Positions 8,954-18,924 of a DNA stretch of 64,000 nucleotides are shown here, one piece after another. The notes under the pieces were generated by a model. That model searched no databases, was not told where the DNA came from, and saw nothing but the letters and a program-made list of their open reading frames with translations. Position 1 is the first letter of the stretch; each line of letters starts with the position of its first letter. The position numbers were made by a program, and so were the translations under genes. This stretch comes from a virus, in IMG/VR virus record IMGVR_UViG_3300027985_001265, positions 1 to 64,000 of that record. The stretch is one strand, 5' to 3'.

Positions 8954-11076
8954 CCGATATCGTTGTAACAGTCCAGGAAGATCCTACACCTGTTATTATT
9001 GACTCTGGTTCCCGAGCTGTAACTATTACCGATTCAAATACTGGGGATGTCACGGTTATCCAGGCTTCTCCGGTTACTGTATCTGCTGTTGAGGGAAACC
9101 CCACACTGATTATCAGTGGTGGCGGTGGAACTATGGCAAATACAAATCTTATGTTGGAGGCCCTAATGGGCCGGCTAACCAGATTACAGATGGCAGATGC
9201 TCTCTCCGCTGATTTGGAGAAACTGGAAGCTCTCTGGATTCGAGCTGCCAATGAGCTGGTTTTACTGGAATCAGATGGAGTTCATATCGAGGAAGTGGGC
9301 CGGGAGTATACTGATCAGAGTATCCTCGATATAGTCGCCAGTATCAACTTGAGTGTCGATGGTAAATTCGATGTAGCTTACTCCTATATAAACCAGGAAG
9401 TGGGTCTAATTGATCAACGGATTACCACCGTTGAAGGGGAAACTGATGCTCGTTTTGTTACGGCTGAATCAAGGATTACCCAGACTGAAGATTCTATTGT
9501 TTCGGCGGTTTCTCGGCTAGATACAATCGACGGAGAGGGTGGTGACATTGCCCTGATGCAATCCGCCATTTCTCAGAATACAAGCAATATCAATCTGGAA
9601 GTTGGTGAACGGTTGATACTGGATGGGGAACTCCAAGAGGCTATTACTAACCTCTCTTTGCTGACAGATTCCGTTTCTCTCATCACCACTACTGTGGATA
9701 CCCTTGGGAACAAGATGACCTCTACAGAGCTTCTTTTAGGGGAAGACGGGGTTAATTTTACCGTAGCACAGCAAGCATTAAACCAGCATGCCTATTCCAT
9801 ATCCGCAATCCAGGAAATGCTGGTAAACAAGTGGGATGTTATAATTGCTGAAAGTGTTGGTGGAAATAAGTATGCTGCAGGTTTTGGAATTGCTCTTCAT
9901 CCTACTTGGATCTTAGAAACAGGGTATGTTGCCGGGGATACTGTTTATTACATAGATACTGTTTATGAATGTCTGGCAGATCACACGGCCACCACGGTGA
10001 ATGCCCCTACCGGTGCCGAAGGTGAAACATACTGGGAAGAGCTTGTTGACGCTGTGAAGTCCGAATTTACTGTGAATGCAGAATCCTTTCAAGTTTTATC
10101 CCCTGTAGGCCTTGGATCTCTTTTCTCGGTCGATGGGGAGGGTAACGCATACGTCAGGTCTGAGATGTTGGTAGGCAGCCTGAAATCGTTAAATTATGGT
10201 GAAGAAGGAGAATCCTGGTTTAATCTTGATCCGTCTACCGGGTTAGCTGAATTTAATGAAATTGTCCTGGCCATTGGAAGTGGCAGTACCGGGTATAATA
10301 ATTTCTCAGATATCCCCGGATCTCTTGATGATATTAATCCAACAGAGTATGCAGCTCTTATAGATCCTGCCGGGGTTATCAATTCAGGGACAACCACCAT
10401 TAATGGTGGCAAAATAACAACTGAGTCTATTACTGCGGATCAAATAGGCACCAATGAGATCATAGCCTATGCTGCGAATATTCATGATGGGGTTATCACT
10501 TCAGCTAAGATAGGCAGCCTGGAAGTCAAGACAGCCAATATAGACACTGGTGCCATCACCAATGCTAAAATAGGAGCTTTGGCTGTAGACACAGCACAGA
10601 TTGCTGCTCTAGCGGTGGAGACTGCCAAGATAAATGATCTGGCTGTCACAGAAGGTAAAATAGCAAATTTGGCAGTTGATACATTAAAAATCGCAGACCA
10701 AGCAGTAACGATTCCTGTATCTGCGTATACAGAAGGTTCTATTAGTTGCCCCTCTACCACAACAGTACAGACAGCAGGAATAAACTCTTCGGGTGCTCCT
10801 ATTCTTATTATAGCTTCTGTGCTTGTGTATGTACCTATTGCTGATGATAATAACTACGGTTCGATAAAAGTTACCAGAGATTCAGATGGTGCTACTATTG
10901 CTGGTCCTTTCAGGGCAGATCCTGGTGGAACGTACTCCCAATATATAACAATTTCTTTTTGTATACAGGATACACCAGGTGAAGGAGTTGAAACTTACTA
11001 TTTAAAAGCTGGTGGTTCAGAAACAAGCGTTACTTGCTATTACCGTACTCTCTGTTTATTGGAGACTAAAAAATGA
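8950..11076 (+). CDS. Tail fibre / receptor-binding protein
   Basis: Coiled-coil N-terminus; CBM5/12-like 'W..ETGYVAGDTVYY..TVYEC..H..P..YW'; 10-aa 'AVxxAKIxxL' repeats. Confidence 0.75.
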   Translation: MTDIVVTVQEDPTPVIIDSGSRAVTITDSNTGDVTVIQASPVTVSAVEGNPTLIISGGGGTMANTNLMLEALMGRLTRLQMADALSADLEKLEALWIRAANELVLLESDGVHIEEVGREYTDQSILDIVASINLSVDGKFDVAYSYINQEVGLIDQRITTVEGETDARFVTAESRITQTEDSIVSAVSRLDTIDGEGGDIALMQSAISQNTSNINLEVGERLILDGELQEAITNLSLLTDSVSLITTTVDTLGNKMTSTELLLGEDGVNFTVAQQALNQHAYSISAIQEMLVNKWDVIIAESVGGNKYAAGFGIALHPTWILETGYVAGDTVYYIDTVYECLADHTATTVNAPTGAEGETYWEELVDAVKSEFTVNAESFQVLSPVGLGSLFSVDGEGNAYVRSEMLVGSLKSLNYGEEGESWFNLDPSTGLAEFNEIVLAIGSGSTGYNNFSDIPGSLDDINPTEYAALIDPAGVINSGTTTINGGKITTESITADQIGTNEIIAYAANIHDGVITSAKIGSLEVKTANIDTGAITNAKIGALAVDTAQIAALAVETAKINDLAVTEGKIANLAVDTLKIADQAVTIPVSAYTEGSISCPSTTTVQTAGINSSGAPILIIASVLVYVPIADDNNYGSIKVTRDSDGATIAGPFRADPGGTYSQYITISFCIQDTPGEGVETYYLKAGGSETSVTCYYRTLCLLETKK

Positions 11077-11477
11077 GCAAAGACTTTATTCTTTATGACA
11101 GTATAACTGGCCGAATACTAAGATGTGTTCAATGCCATGAGAGCATGATAGGGGTTCAACTTCAAGAAGAAAATGCTGCTTTTATCAAAGGAAAAGCTAA
11201 TGATGAAATTCAGTATATTGATGCAGTTACCTCGGAGATCCTAAATAAAACTGAATTACCAGCTACTGTAGATAAAATAGAGATACTCGCTAATGAGGAG
11301 GATATTGTAATCATCTCAAATTTACCAAACCCATCTATAGTTAAAATTAACGAGGCAGAAGGTTATGAAGTAACTGATGGTTCTTTTGAGTTCACTGTAG
11401 ATACCCCTGGGGAATACTCTCTTTTATGTTCTGCTTTTCCCTATTTGGATAAGGAGTTTATTGTCAATGCGAGTTAA
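11073..11477 (+). CDS. Tail-fibre-associated protein
   Basis: Coupled to the fibre gene; 'LYDSITGRIL' N-terminus. Confidence 0.6.
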   Translation: MSKDFILYDSITGRILRCVQCHESMIGVQLQEENAAFIKGKANDEIQYIDAVTSEILNKTELPATVDKIEILANEEDIVIISNLPNPSIVKINEAEGYEVTDGSFEFTVDTPGEYSLLCSAFPYLDKEFIVNAS

Positions 11478-11658
11478 TTTTAAAGCCCCAGAAAAGCAAA
11501 AAATTAAACAGGATATCACTCTTAAAGCATTAAGTGAAGCGACACCTGAAGAGATTGATGCCTGGGTAGATGAAAACCTGCAAAATATTGATGATCTTAA
11601 AGCAGCCTTGAAAAAGATCATTCGGGTTCAGGTATACCTTTTAAAAAGACAGGGATAA
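11467..11658 (+). CDS. Hypothetical protein
   Basis: Short ORF in the operon, GGAG RBS. Confidence 0.55.
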   Translation: MRVNFKAPEKQKIKQDITLKALSEATPEEIDAWVDENLQNIDDLKAALKKIIRVQVYLLKRQG

Positions 11659-11666
11659 GAGAATAA

Positions 11667-12173
11667 ATGCCTAATTTTACAAGTAAATACGACCAAGAAA
11701 TTCAAGATGCTGTGGCCAAATGGTGGCCTTCTGATATTCCATGGGAGTGGTGGAAAGCACAATTATACCAAGAATCCGGGTTGCACCCAGATGCGGTATC
11801 CCCAGTCGGTGCCAGTGGGATTGCCCAATTCATGCCTGGGACATGGAAGACCATTAGTAAAAAACTCGGCTTTACCCATGTGTCTCCTTTCTCAGCCAAA
11901 CACAGTATAGAAGCAGGAGCTTACTATATGGCTAAATTAGCCCATATCTGGTCCTGGGAACGCCCTGAGATGGACAGGTGGGACTTGGCAAGGGCTTCTT
12001 ATAATGCAGGTCCGGGAAACCTTTTAAAAGCACAAAAGAAGGCTCATGGTGCTGTACTTTATAAAGACATCATTAAGGGCCTGCCCGCTGTTACCGGCAG
12101 GCACAGTAAAGAAACAATTGAGTATGTTAAAAATATTCATAGATGGTACGCACAGATTAAAATGGAGGATTAA
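11667..12173 (+). CDS. Endolysin, lytic transglycosylase (SLT) family
   Basis: 'QES' catalytic Glu, 'GIAQFMPGT', 'ASYNAGPG', 'ETIEYV'. Confidence 0.92.
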   Translation: MPNFTSKYDQEIQDAVAKWWPSDIPWEWWKAQLYQESGLHPDAVSPVGASGIAQFMPGTWKTISKKLGFTHVSPFSAKHSIEAGAYYMAKLAHIWSWERPEMDRWDLARASYNAGPGNLLKAQKKAHGAVLYKDIIKGLPAVTGRHSKETIEYVKNIHRWYAQIKMED

Positions 12174-12176
12174 GAT

Positions 12177-12410
12177 ATGGAATTTCTTAACCAAATTATG
12201 ACCTTTGATTCTTCTGCTTGGATTCTCAAGTTATTGGATAATCACTGGTTGATTGTGAATTTTGTCTGGGGGTCGTTTGTCATTTATGCACGACGGTCCG
12301 AGAAGACCTGGGATGATGCCCTTGTTGCTTTGGTTCAAGGGTTGAACCCAGCGAGAAGAATGAAAGGCATGAAACTTTTTTCTAAAAATGAGGAGGAATC
12401 AAAAAAATGA
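12177..12410 (+). CDS. Putative holin
   Basis: Follows the endolysin; hydrophobic segment, 'TWDD' motif, charged C-terminus. Confidence 0.55.
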   Translation: MEFLNQIMTFDSSAWILKLLDNHWLIVNFVWGSFVIYARRSEKTWDDALVALVQGLNPARRMKGMKLFSKNEEESKK

Positions 12411-12691
12411 GCATTTTTACATCTATGTTAAAAGACACAATGGAAGAAGCCACAACAGGGATTATAGTTGAAAGTGCCACAGTGATCTTGACACTGGCCT
12501 TCAAGCAAGTGAAAAAGGTTCTTGCATCAGAAAACCTGAAGAACTCTGTTGAAGACTTGCTTGACCGGCTGGAAATCTCAGCAGAAAAGACAGAAACTAA
12601 GGCGGATGACCTGCTTGTTCAGGTTTTGGCAACTTCATTAAGATCAGCCTTTGATATGAAAGATGAAGATCGAGACGTGGTATTAGAATGA
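12407..12691 (+). CDS. Lysis-cassette hypothetical protein
   Basis: Coupled ORF with 'TETKADDLLV' motif similar to the preceding gene. Confidence 0.55.
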   Translation: MSIFTSMLKDTMEEATTGIIVESATVILTLAFKQVKKVLASENLKNSVEDLLDRLEISAEKTETKADDLLVQVLATSLRSAFDMKDEDRDVVLE

Positions 12692-12792
12692 AAATTCCAA
12701 CAGGTTTTATGGTGAAGGTTAAAATTACATCGAAGTTGAATCGAAAAATAGAGAGGTTCTTCCGAAATCTATTCAAGAGGAAAAAACAGTAG
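12688..12792 (+). CDS. 34-aa highly cationic peptide (MKIPTGFMVKVKITSKLNRKIERFFRNLFKRKKQ)
   Basis: ATGA overlap with the previous stop; read manually; weak RBS. Confidence 0.35.
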   Translation: MKIPTGFMVKVKITSKLNRKIERFFRNLFKRKKQ

Positions 12793-12884
12793 TTATCTTT
12801 CTCAAAAATCTTTTTGCTATTTAATAAAAAAGTATTTTAAATATTAAAAGATAAGTAACAGGCATTTCTTATTGCATTTTTATG

Positions 12885-12920
12885 AGGCAGGTTAGGTAAT
12901 TAATACCAATCTGCCTTTCT
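12885..12920 (+). terminator. Terminator-like hairpin before the portal gene
   Basis: AGGCAG.TT.GGTA/TACC.AATCTGCCT followed by T-rich sequence. Confidence 0.5.
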
Positions 12921-13003
12921 ATTTATAACTAATAGTGAATTTTTTATTTTAAAAATTTACTCCTATACTCGGCCAAAATTTTTCATCAATACATGAGGAC
13001 TCA

Positions 13004-15148
13004 ATGGCCGAGCTGGAAAGACATAGACTGACTTCTTGGGAGAATGAACCTAGTGTTATGGATCTCAAGAAAAATATTGATGATGCCGATATCGATCAAC
13101 AGTCACATCAGATAAATGTTGATCGTTGGTTAAGTAATCTCTATGTTACCGGATCTGCCAAGATTCCTGAGAAAGACGGGCAATCTTCTGTAGTCCCTAA
13201 ACTAATCAGGAAACAGGCTGAATGGCGATACTCCTCTTTGTCAGAACCTTTCTTGAGTTCACCTGATATTTTCAATGTTGCTCCCCGGACAGCCGGCGAT
13301 AGAAAACGAGCAATCCAGAATGCACTGTTACTGAATTATCAGTTCAATAATATTATCGGTCGTGTGTCCTTTATTGATGCTTATGTGCGGGATGCTGTGG
13401 ACATCGGAACTGTCATTGTAAAAGTAGGTTGGATCACTGAAGAGGCCCCAGTCAAAGAAGAAGTTCCTGTCTATGAATTTATACCTGTCATGGATCAGAT
13501 GGTCCTTCAACAATATATGGCCTGGTTACAATTACGGGCAACCAATCAGGATCTCTATGCAGAGGTAAGTAATCCTGGTATTGACCAGGCTCTGGATATT
13601 TTCCTGAAAGAACAGCGTCTTGTGGTCCCTCGTCAGGTTGGTACTCGAACTGTTGAATCAATCAAAGAGATTAAAAACCAGCCAACAGTAGAAACCTGTT
13701 TACCAGATAATGTCATCATTGACCCTTCATGCAATGGTGATCTGGATAAGGCGGAATTCATTTGTGAAAAGTTTAAATCATCTCTTTCCGAGTTACGGAA
13801 GGATGGTCGATATAAAAACTTAGAGCGCGTCAATATTGAAGGTGCATCTCCTCTGACAGATCCTGATTATAAAGAGGGAGACGATAATGGCAATTTTAAT
13901 TTTGATGACAAACCCAGGAGACAGTTTGTTGTCCACAGTTACTGGGGTAACTGGGATATCCATAACAGAGGTATAGCAGACCCCATTTGTGCTTTCTGGG
14001 TTGGCGATACAATGATTCGCCTGGAAGAAAACCCTTTCCCGGACAGAAAACCCCCTTTCGTAAAGGCCGTGTATATGCCTGTGCGAAAATCTAATTGGGG
14101 AGAGCCTGACGGTGAGTTATTAGAGCCCAATCAAAAGATCGTTGGCGCCGTAACCCGTGGAATGATTGATCTTTTAGGTAAATCTGCCAATGGTCAGACG
14201 GCTTTTAAAAAAGGTGCTCTGGACGCTACCAACAAGCAGAAATTTCTTCGCGGCGATGATTACGAAATTAATGCCACAGATGATGCCAGACAAGCCATAT
14301 ACATGCACCAGTACCCGGAGATCCCTAATTCTGCGTATAGCATGATTACCCTACAGCAGACAGAGGCTGAATCCCTTACTGGTGTTAAAGCGTACCATAC
14401 AGGCATTACCGGGGAAGCTTTAGGTAATAATGTCCGGAATGGTCGGTCTGCCCTGGATGCGGCCAGTAAACGTGAGCTTGGAATCCTCCGCAGGTTGGCT
14501 GTAGGGGTAATTCAGATTGGTCGTAAAATTATCGCCATGAACGCTGAATTTCTCTCTGAGGAAGAGGTTGTCCGGGTTACTAATGATAAGTTTATCCCAG
14601 TTCGCAGAGACGATTTAAAGGGAACATTTGATCTTGAATTAACCATCAGTACAGCGGAAGAGGATAACAAGAAAGCTGAAGAATTAGCCTTTATGCTTCA
14701 GACCACGGGTAACAATATGGACCCAGGTCTTCAAAAAATGATCTTGTCCGACATCGCCCGCCTGAGAAAAATGCCGGCCATCGCTGATCGCATCGAAAAG
14801 TTCCAGCCCCAGCCTGATCCTTTGGTTCAAATGAAAGCCGAACTGGAAATTGAGTTGTTGAAAAAACAATGTGCCAAGGAGGAAGCCCTGGCCATTAAAC
14901 ATGCCTCTGAAGCTGAATTGAATGGTGTCCAGGGAATCAAAGAAGCTACCCAGGCTAAATTGAATGATGCAAAGGCCAATACTGAAGAAGCTAAAGCCCG
15001 GAACTTGCACAGTGATTCAGACAATAAAGATTTGTCATTTTTAGAGCAAGAATCTGGTGTCAACCAAGCCCGTGAAAAAGAAAAAATAAATCTACAAGCA
15101 CAACACAATAAAGAGGCTAAACAAGCCACACAATCCAAGGAGAAGTAA
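13004..15148 (+). CDS. Portal protein (N4 gp59-like)
   Basis: 'PKLIRKQAEWRYSSLSEPFL' and 'GAVTRGMIDLLGKSANGQ' are N4 portal signatures. Confidence 0.95.
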   Translation: MAELERHRLTSWENEPSVMDLKKNIDDADIDQQSHQINVDRWLSNLYVTGSAKIPEKDGQSSVVPKLIRKQAEWRYSSLSEPFLSSPDIFNVAPRTAGDRKRAIQNALLLNYQFNNIIGRVSFIDAYVRDAVDIGTVIVKVGWITEEAPVKEEVPVYEFIPVMDQMVLQQYMAWLQLRATNQDLYAEVSNPGIDQALDIFLKEQRLVVPRQVGTRTVESIKEIKNQPTVETCLPDNVIIDPSCNGDLDKAEFICEKFKSSLSELRKDGRYKNLERVNIEGASPLTDPDYKEGDDNGNFNFDDKPRRQFVVHSYWGNWDIHNRGIADPICAFWVGDTMIRLEENPFPDRKPPFVKAVYMPVRKSNWGEPDGELLEPNQKIVGAVTRGMIDLLGKSANGQTAFKKGALDATNKQKFLRGDDYEINATDDARQAIYMHQYPEIPNSAYSMITLQQTEAESLTGVKAYHTGITGEALGNNVRNGRSALDAASKRELGILRRLAVGVIQIGRKIIAMNAEFLSEEEVVRVTNDKFIPVRRDDLKGTFDLELTISTAEEDNKKAEELAFMLQTTGNNMDPGLQKMILSDIARLRKMPAIADRIEKFQPQPDPLVQMKAELEIELLKKQCAKEEALAIKHASEAELNGVQGIKEATQAKLNDAKANTEEAKARNLHSDSDNKDLSFLEQESGVNQAREKEKINLQAQHNKEAKQATQSKEK

Positions 15149-15490
15149 ATGTCTGAGAATGTTGTTCAAGAAATTGAAGTATCTATGGAGTTGCTTAAAA
15201 AGAAAATTGCCCTGGCTGAAGTGTTGAATCGCCTGGAACAAAATAAAGATTTCCAGGAATTTATCCTGGATGGGTTCTGTAAGGAGCATGCTCTTGGTTT
15301 GGTTTCCAAGAGAGTTTCCCCGGCATTCCAGCAGGAGATGAATAAAAAGTATATCGAAGACCAGCTTACTGCCATCGGCAGCCTTCAGCTCTATATGCGT
15401 TTTGTTAAAGATGAAGCCAAAGTATCCAAGAAAAACCTGGATGAGGCCATCGAAGAGCGCAATCGAGCAATGGAGAAGGAGGTCGCCTAA
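15149..15490 (+). CDS. N4 gp58-like protein
   Basis: Synteny; 'L.RLEQNKDFQEFILDGF'. Confidence 0.75.
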   Translation: MSENVVQEIEVSMELLKKKIALAEVLNRLEQNKDFQEFILDGFCKEHALGLVSKRVSPAFQQEMNKKYIEDQLTAIGSLQLYMRFVKDEAKVSKKNLDEAIEERNRAMEKEVA

Positions 15491-15493
15491 TCC

Positions 15494-16699
15494 ATGACTG
15501 AACCCGTCATTGATACTCCTGAAAAAGAAGAACAGGTGGATGTATTTGAGCTTTCCGATGAAGAATTTGCAAAGCTCAATGAACCCTCCGTTCAATCTAT
15601 AACCCAGGAGAAGGAGGTAGAGCTTCCAGGTGAAACGTCCTCAGACGAAAGTACAATGGGTCAGGAAAAGGCCGGTGAAGTTCAAGAAGAGGCCGAAACT
15701 AACCCCGGAACAGAGGTTATTCAACCAGACGAAAAAAATGCTGATGCTTCAGGCATTATTGATGATAACCCCGCTGCTGGTGATACTGCCGGAAAAAACA
15801 AGCCGGAAGAGAAGCCTGGGGAATCAAAGAAAGATGAAACGCCGGCCGACAACCAACAGTCGCTGGTAGATTATAAGACCGAATATGAAAAACTGATGGC
15901 CCCGTTCAAAGCGAACGGTTCAGATATGCAGATAAAGAGTGTTGACGATGCCATTCAGCTCATGAAGATGGGGGCCGGGTTCCATAAGAAGATGGCTGCC
16001 TTGAAGCCCAACCTTCGCCAGATGAAACTTCTGGAAAAGCACGGACTGTTGGATGACGAGAAATTGAATTATCTCATTGATCTGCATAACCGTGATCCTA
16101 AAGCAATACAAAAGCTTCTGAAGGAAAGCCAGATTGATCCTTTGGATATAGATGTAAAGGCTGAAACCAACTACAAACCCACTGATCGGAAGATCTCCGA
16201 TAAAGAGCTTGATCTGGATAATGTCCTAAGTGAAATCCGGGATACTCCTACATTCCAGAAAACTCTCAATGTCGTTTCCAACCAGTGGGATGAATCAAGT
16301 CAGAACACCATTGCCTCTGAGCCCCATATTATCTCGATAATCAATGGGCATATCGCAGATGGTACTTTTGATGTTGTCATGAAGCGAGTTGACTATGAAC
16401 GTAGTCTGGGCCGCCTTAGTGGTGTTTCAGATTTTGAGGCTTATAAACAGATGGGCAATGCTCTAGCTAATGAAGGAGTCCTTCAGCGAGTCGGTGCATC
16501 CCAGCATACTGTCCAGTCTCAGCCGAATGTTCAGCCGCCTAAAGCGGAATCCCAAGAAGAGATCGAACGGCAAAAAAAGAAACGTGCTGCAAGTCCGACT
16601 AAAGGATCCAAGACCACTGCTGCTCCGGCTTTTGACCCACTCGATATGTCTGATGAAGATTTTGCCAAATTGGATATCAATAAGTACATAAAATCTTGA
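15494..16699 (+). CDS. N4 gp57-like protein (probable scaffold)
   Basis: Acidic N-terminus, 'APFKANG...LMKMGA', 'SDEEF/SDEDF' motifs at both ends. Confidence 0.85.
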   Translation: MTEPVIDTPEKEEQVDVFELSDEEFAKLNEPSVQSITQEKEVELPGETSSDESTMGQEKAGEVQEEAETNPGTEVIQPDEKNADASGIIDDNPAAGDTAGKNKPEEKPGESKKDETPADNQQSLVDYKTEYEKLMAPFKANGSDMQIKSVDDAIQLMKMGAGFHKKMAALKPNLRQMKLLEKHGLLDDEKLNYLIDLHNRDPKAIQKLLKESQIDPLDIDVKAETNYKPTDRKISDKELDLDNVLSEIRDTPTFQKTLNVVSNQWDESSQNTIASEPHIISIINGHIADGTFDVVMKRVDYERSLGRLSGVSDFEAYKQMGNALANEGVLQRVGASQHTVQSQPNVQPPKAESQEEIERQKKKRAASPTKGSKTTAAPAFDPLDMSDEDFAKLDINKYIKS

Positions 16700-16718
16700 T
16701 ATAACGAGGTAAAATACA

Positions 16719-18281
16719 ATGACTTTTGAAAACGGACAGGTTTACGGTACCGGTAGCAACTCTACCATTGGTACTCAGTTTACCGATCATTTCTACCAGA
16801 AGAAAGCCCTGGTGGATTTGCAGAAAGAAAAATACTTTTCCCAGCTTGCCGATGTTGTGGGTATGCCGAAAAATATGGGCAAGACCATTAAACGGTATCA
16901 CTATGTTCCCCTGCTGGATGACCGAAACATCAGTGACCAGGGCATTGATGCCAATGGTGTTGTCATGGCATCCACCCAGTTTACGGTAACCATTCCCCAG
17001 GCTACCAATGGTGCTCCTCTGAATACCAATACCCTTGGTACAGCCGAGAGAGCCTATGTTGAAGGTGAATACCTTTATTGCGTTGCCGATGCCTGTTACT
17101 ATGTAATCGGTGCTGCAGGTGTAGCTGAAGACGCTGACCTTTCCGCTGCTGCCGGAGCTACTGCCAAGACCTATGCAAACATTAAAACCCTGATCGAAGA
17201 TGTTCTTTCCGGTACCACTGCTGTAACAGCGACTGTTGATGCTAATGGTATTGACGTTACCAACCAGACCCCGGTTTATGAGACTGAAGCCAAAGCTACC
17301 ATTGTTACCTCCATTATTGGTGGTGCCTCCAAAGTTGAGCGTTACGGCAATATCTACGGCTCCAGTAAAGACATCGGGTCCATCCAGGGCAAATTACCGG
17401 TATTGTCTGAAACCGGTGGCCGTGTTAACCGGGTGGGTTTTACCCGTATCAACCTGGAAGGTTCCATTGAGAAGTTCGGTTTCTTCGATGAATACACGGA
17501 AGAATCTCTTAACTTTGATACTGATGCCGAACTGGAAATGCACGTCAACCGTGAAATGATCTTCGGCGCCCATGAGATTACCGAAGATATGCTCCAGATT
17601 GACCTGCTGGAAAACGCCGGTGTTGAGTATTTCCCTGGAGCTGCCTCGGTTGATACCCTGGAAGAGCTTACTGGTGAAACTGGTTCTGTAACAGAAGTGG
17701 CTTACTCCGACTTGGTAAAACTGGACATTGAGTTGAACAACAACCGCTGCCCCAAAGCTACCAAGATCATTACCGGTTCTCGTCTCCAGGATACCAAGGT
17801 TATCCCTGCTTGTCGCTTGATGTATATCGGCTCTGAAATGCAGCCTACCCTGCTGCAGATGACGGATTACCACAGTAACCCGGCCTTTATTCCCTTGGCT
17901 CATTATGCTGCTGCCGGCTCCGAGATCAATGGTGAAATCGGCTCAGTGGCCAACTTTCGTGTCGTTGTTGTTCCCGAGATGCTGCATCATGCTGGTGTGG
18001 GTGCCATTGAGTCTACCAATGCCGGGTATCGTACTACCAATGGCCGGTATGATGCCTATCCCATGATGGTTATTGGTTCTGAGTCTTTTACCACCATTGG
18101 TTTCCAGACCTCTGGTAAAATGGTGAAATTCAAGATTTATCATAAGAAACCTGGTGAAGCTACTGCTGACCGGAACGACCCCTATGGGGAAACTGGCTTC
18201 ATGTCCATCAAGTGGTACTATGGATTTATGCCCCTCAGGACGGAACGTCTGGCCGTTATCTGGTCCGTAGCCCAGCTTTAA
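16719..18281 (+). CDS. Major capsid protein (N4 gp56 family) with a large insertion
   Basis: 'MPKNMGKTIK..HYVPLLDDRN', 'GNIYGSSKDIG', 'GGRVNRVGFTR', 'DPYGETGFMSIKWYYG'. Confidence 0.96.
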   Translation: MTFENGQVYGTGSNSTIGTQFTDHFYQKKALVDLQKEKYFSQLADVVGMPKNMGKTIKRYHYVPLLDDRNISDQGIDANGVVMASTQFTVTIPQATNGAPLNTNTLGTAERAYVEGEYLYCVADACYYVIGAAGVAEDADLSAAAGATAKTYANIKTLIEDVLSGTTAVTATVDANGIDVTNQTPVYETEAKATIVTSIIGGASKVERYGNIYGSSKDIGSIQGKLPVLSETGGRVNRVGFTRINLEGSIEKFGFFDEYTEESLNFDTDAELEMHVNREMIFGAHEITEDMLQIDLLENAGVEYFPGAASVDTLEELTGETGSVTEVAYSDLVKLDIELNNNRCPKATKIITGSRLQDTKVIPACRLMYIGSEMQPTLLQMTDYHSNPAFIPLAHYAAAGSEINGEIGSVANFRVVVVPEMLHHAGVGAIESTNAGYRTTNGRYDAYPMMVIGSESFTTIGFQTSGKMVKFKIYHKKPGEATADRNDPYGETGFMSIKWYYGFMPLRTERLAVIWSVAQL

Positions 18282-18315
18282 TTTAATCCTTTGGATTAAA
18301 CAGTAAGTATATCTT

Positions 18316-18347
18316 AGCCCTCCTCCGTCCTTGGGGGAGGGTTTTTT
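18316..18347 (+). terminator. Intrinsic terminator after the capsid gene
   Basis: GCCCTCCTCC/GGGGGAGGGT stem plus T6. Confidence 0.8.
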
Positions 18348-18367
18348 AAACCCTCAAGGAGATCCCC

Positions 18368-18916
18368 ATGACTGAACTATTTGAAGATACCACTGAAATT
18401 TATGAAGAAAAAGATGAATTGACCCTGCTCAAGGAACGTGCCGATCTGATGGGTATTAAATACCATCCCAGTATTGGTTTGGAGAAGTTGAAGGAAAAAG
18501 TGAATGAATCCCTCAAGCCTACAAAACCGGTGCCGGTAGAAAAAACAGCCATGCAGAAAAAAATGGAACAGGTTAAAGAGGCCAATCGTCTGGTGCGTAT
18601 CCGGGTTACCTGCATGGACCCCAACAAAAAAGGATGGAAGGGTGACTTCTTTACTGTCATGAATTCCACCTTTGGTTCCATCAAAAAATATGTACCTTTC
18701 AACGTCGAGTGGCATGTGCCTGTGGTTATCTTCAAACAGATTAAACGGAAAAAACGTCAGGAATTTTATGAAGTTCCCGGGAAGTTTGGTTTGAAGATCA
18801 AGAGAGCCCGCATGGTGCCTATGTTTGCCGTCGAAGAACTTCCTCCCCTCACAACCAATGAGTTGAAAGAACTGGCCAGACGACAGTCCCTGAACCACAG
18901 TATTGATGAAAATTAG
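18368..18916 (+). CDS. N4 gp55-like protein
   Basis: 'LKERADLMGIKYHPSIGLEKLKEKV', 'LPPLT..EL.ELA..Q'. Confidence 0.85.
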   Translation: MTELFEDTTEIYEEKDELTLLKERADLMGIKYHPSIGLEKLKEKVNESLKPTKPVPVEKTAMQKKMEQVKEANRLVRIRVTCMDPNKKGWKGDFFTVMNSTFGSIKKYVPFNVEWHVPVVIFKQIKRKKRQEFYEVPGKFGLKIKRARMVPMFAVEELPPLTTNELKELARRQSLNHSIDEN

Positions 18917-18924
18917 AGGTCTTT

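Noticed and set aside
8950-11076. Diversity-generating retroelement targeting the fibre genes
   Set aside because: No reverse transcriptase and no TR/VR pair seen in the window
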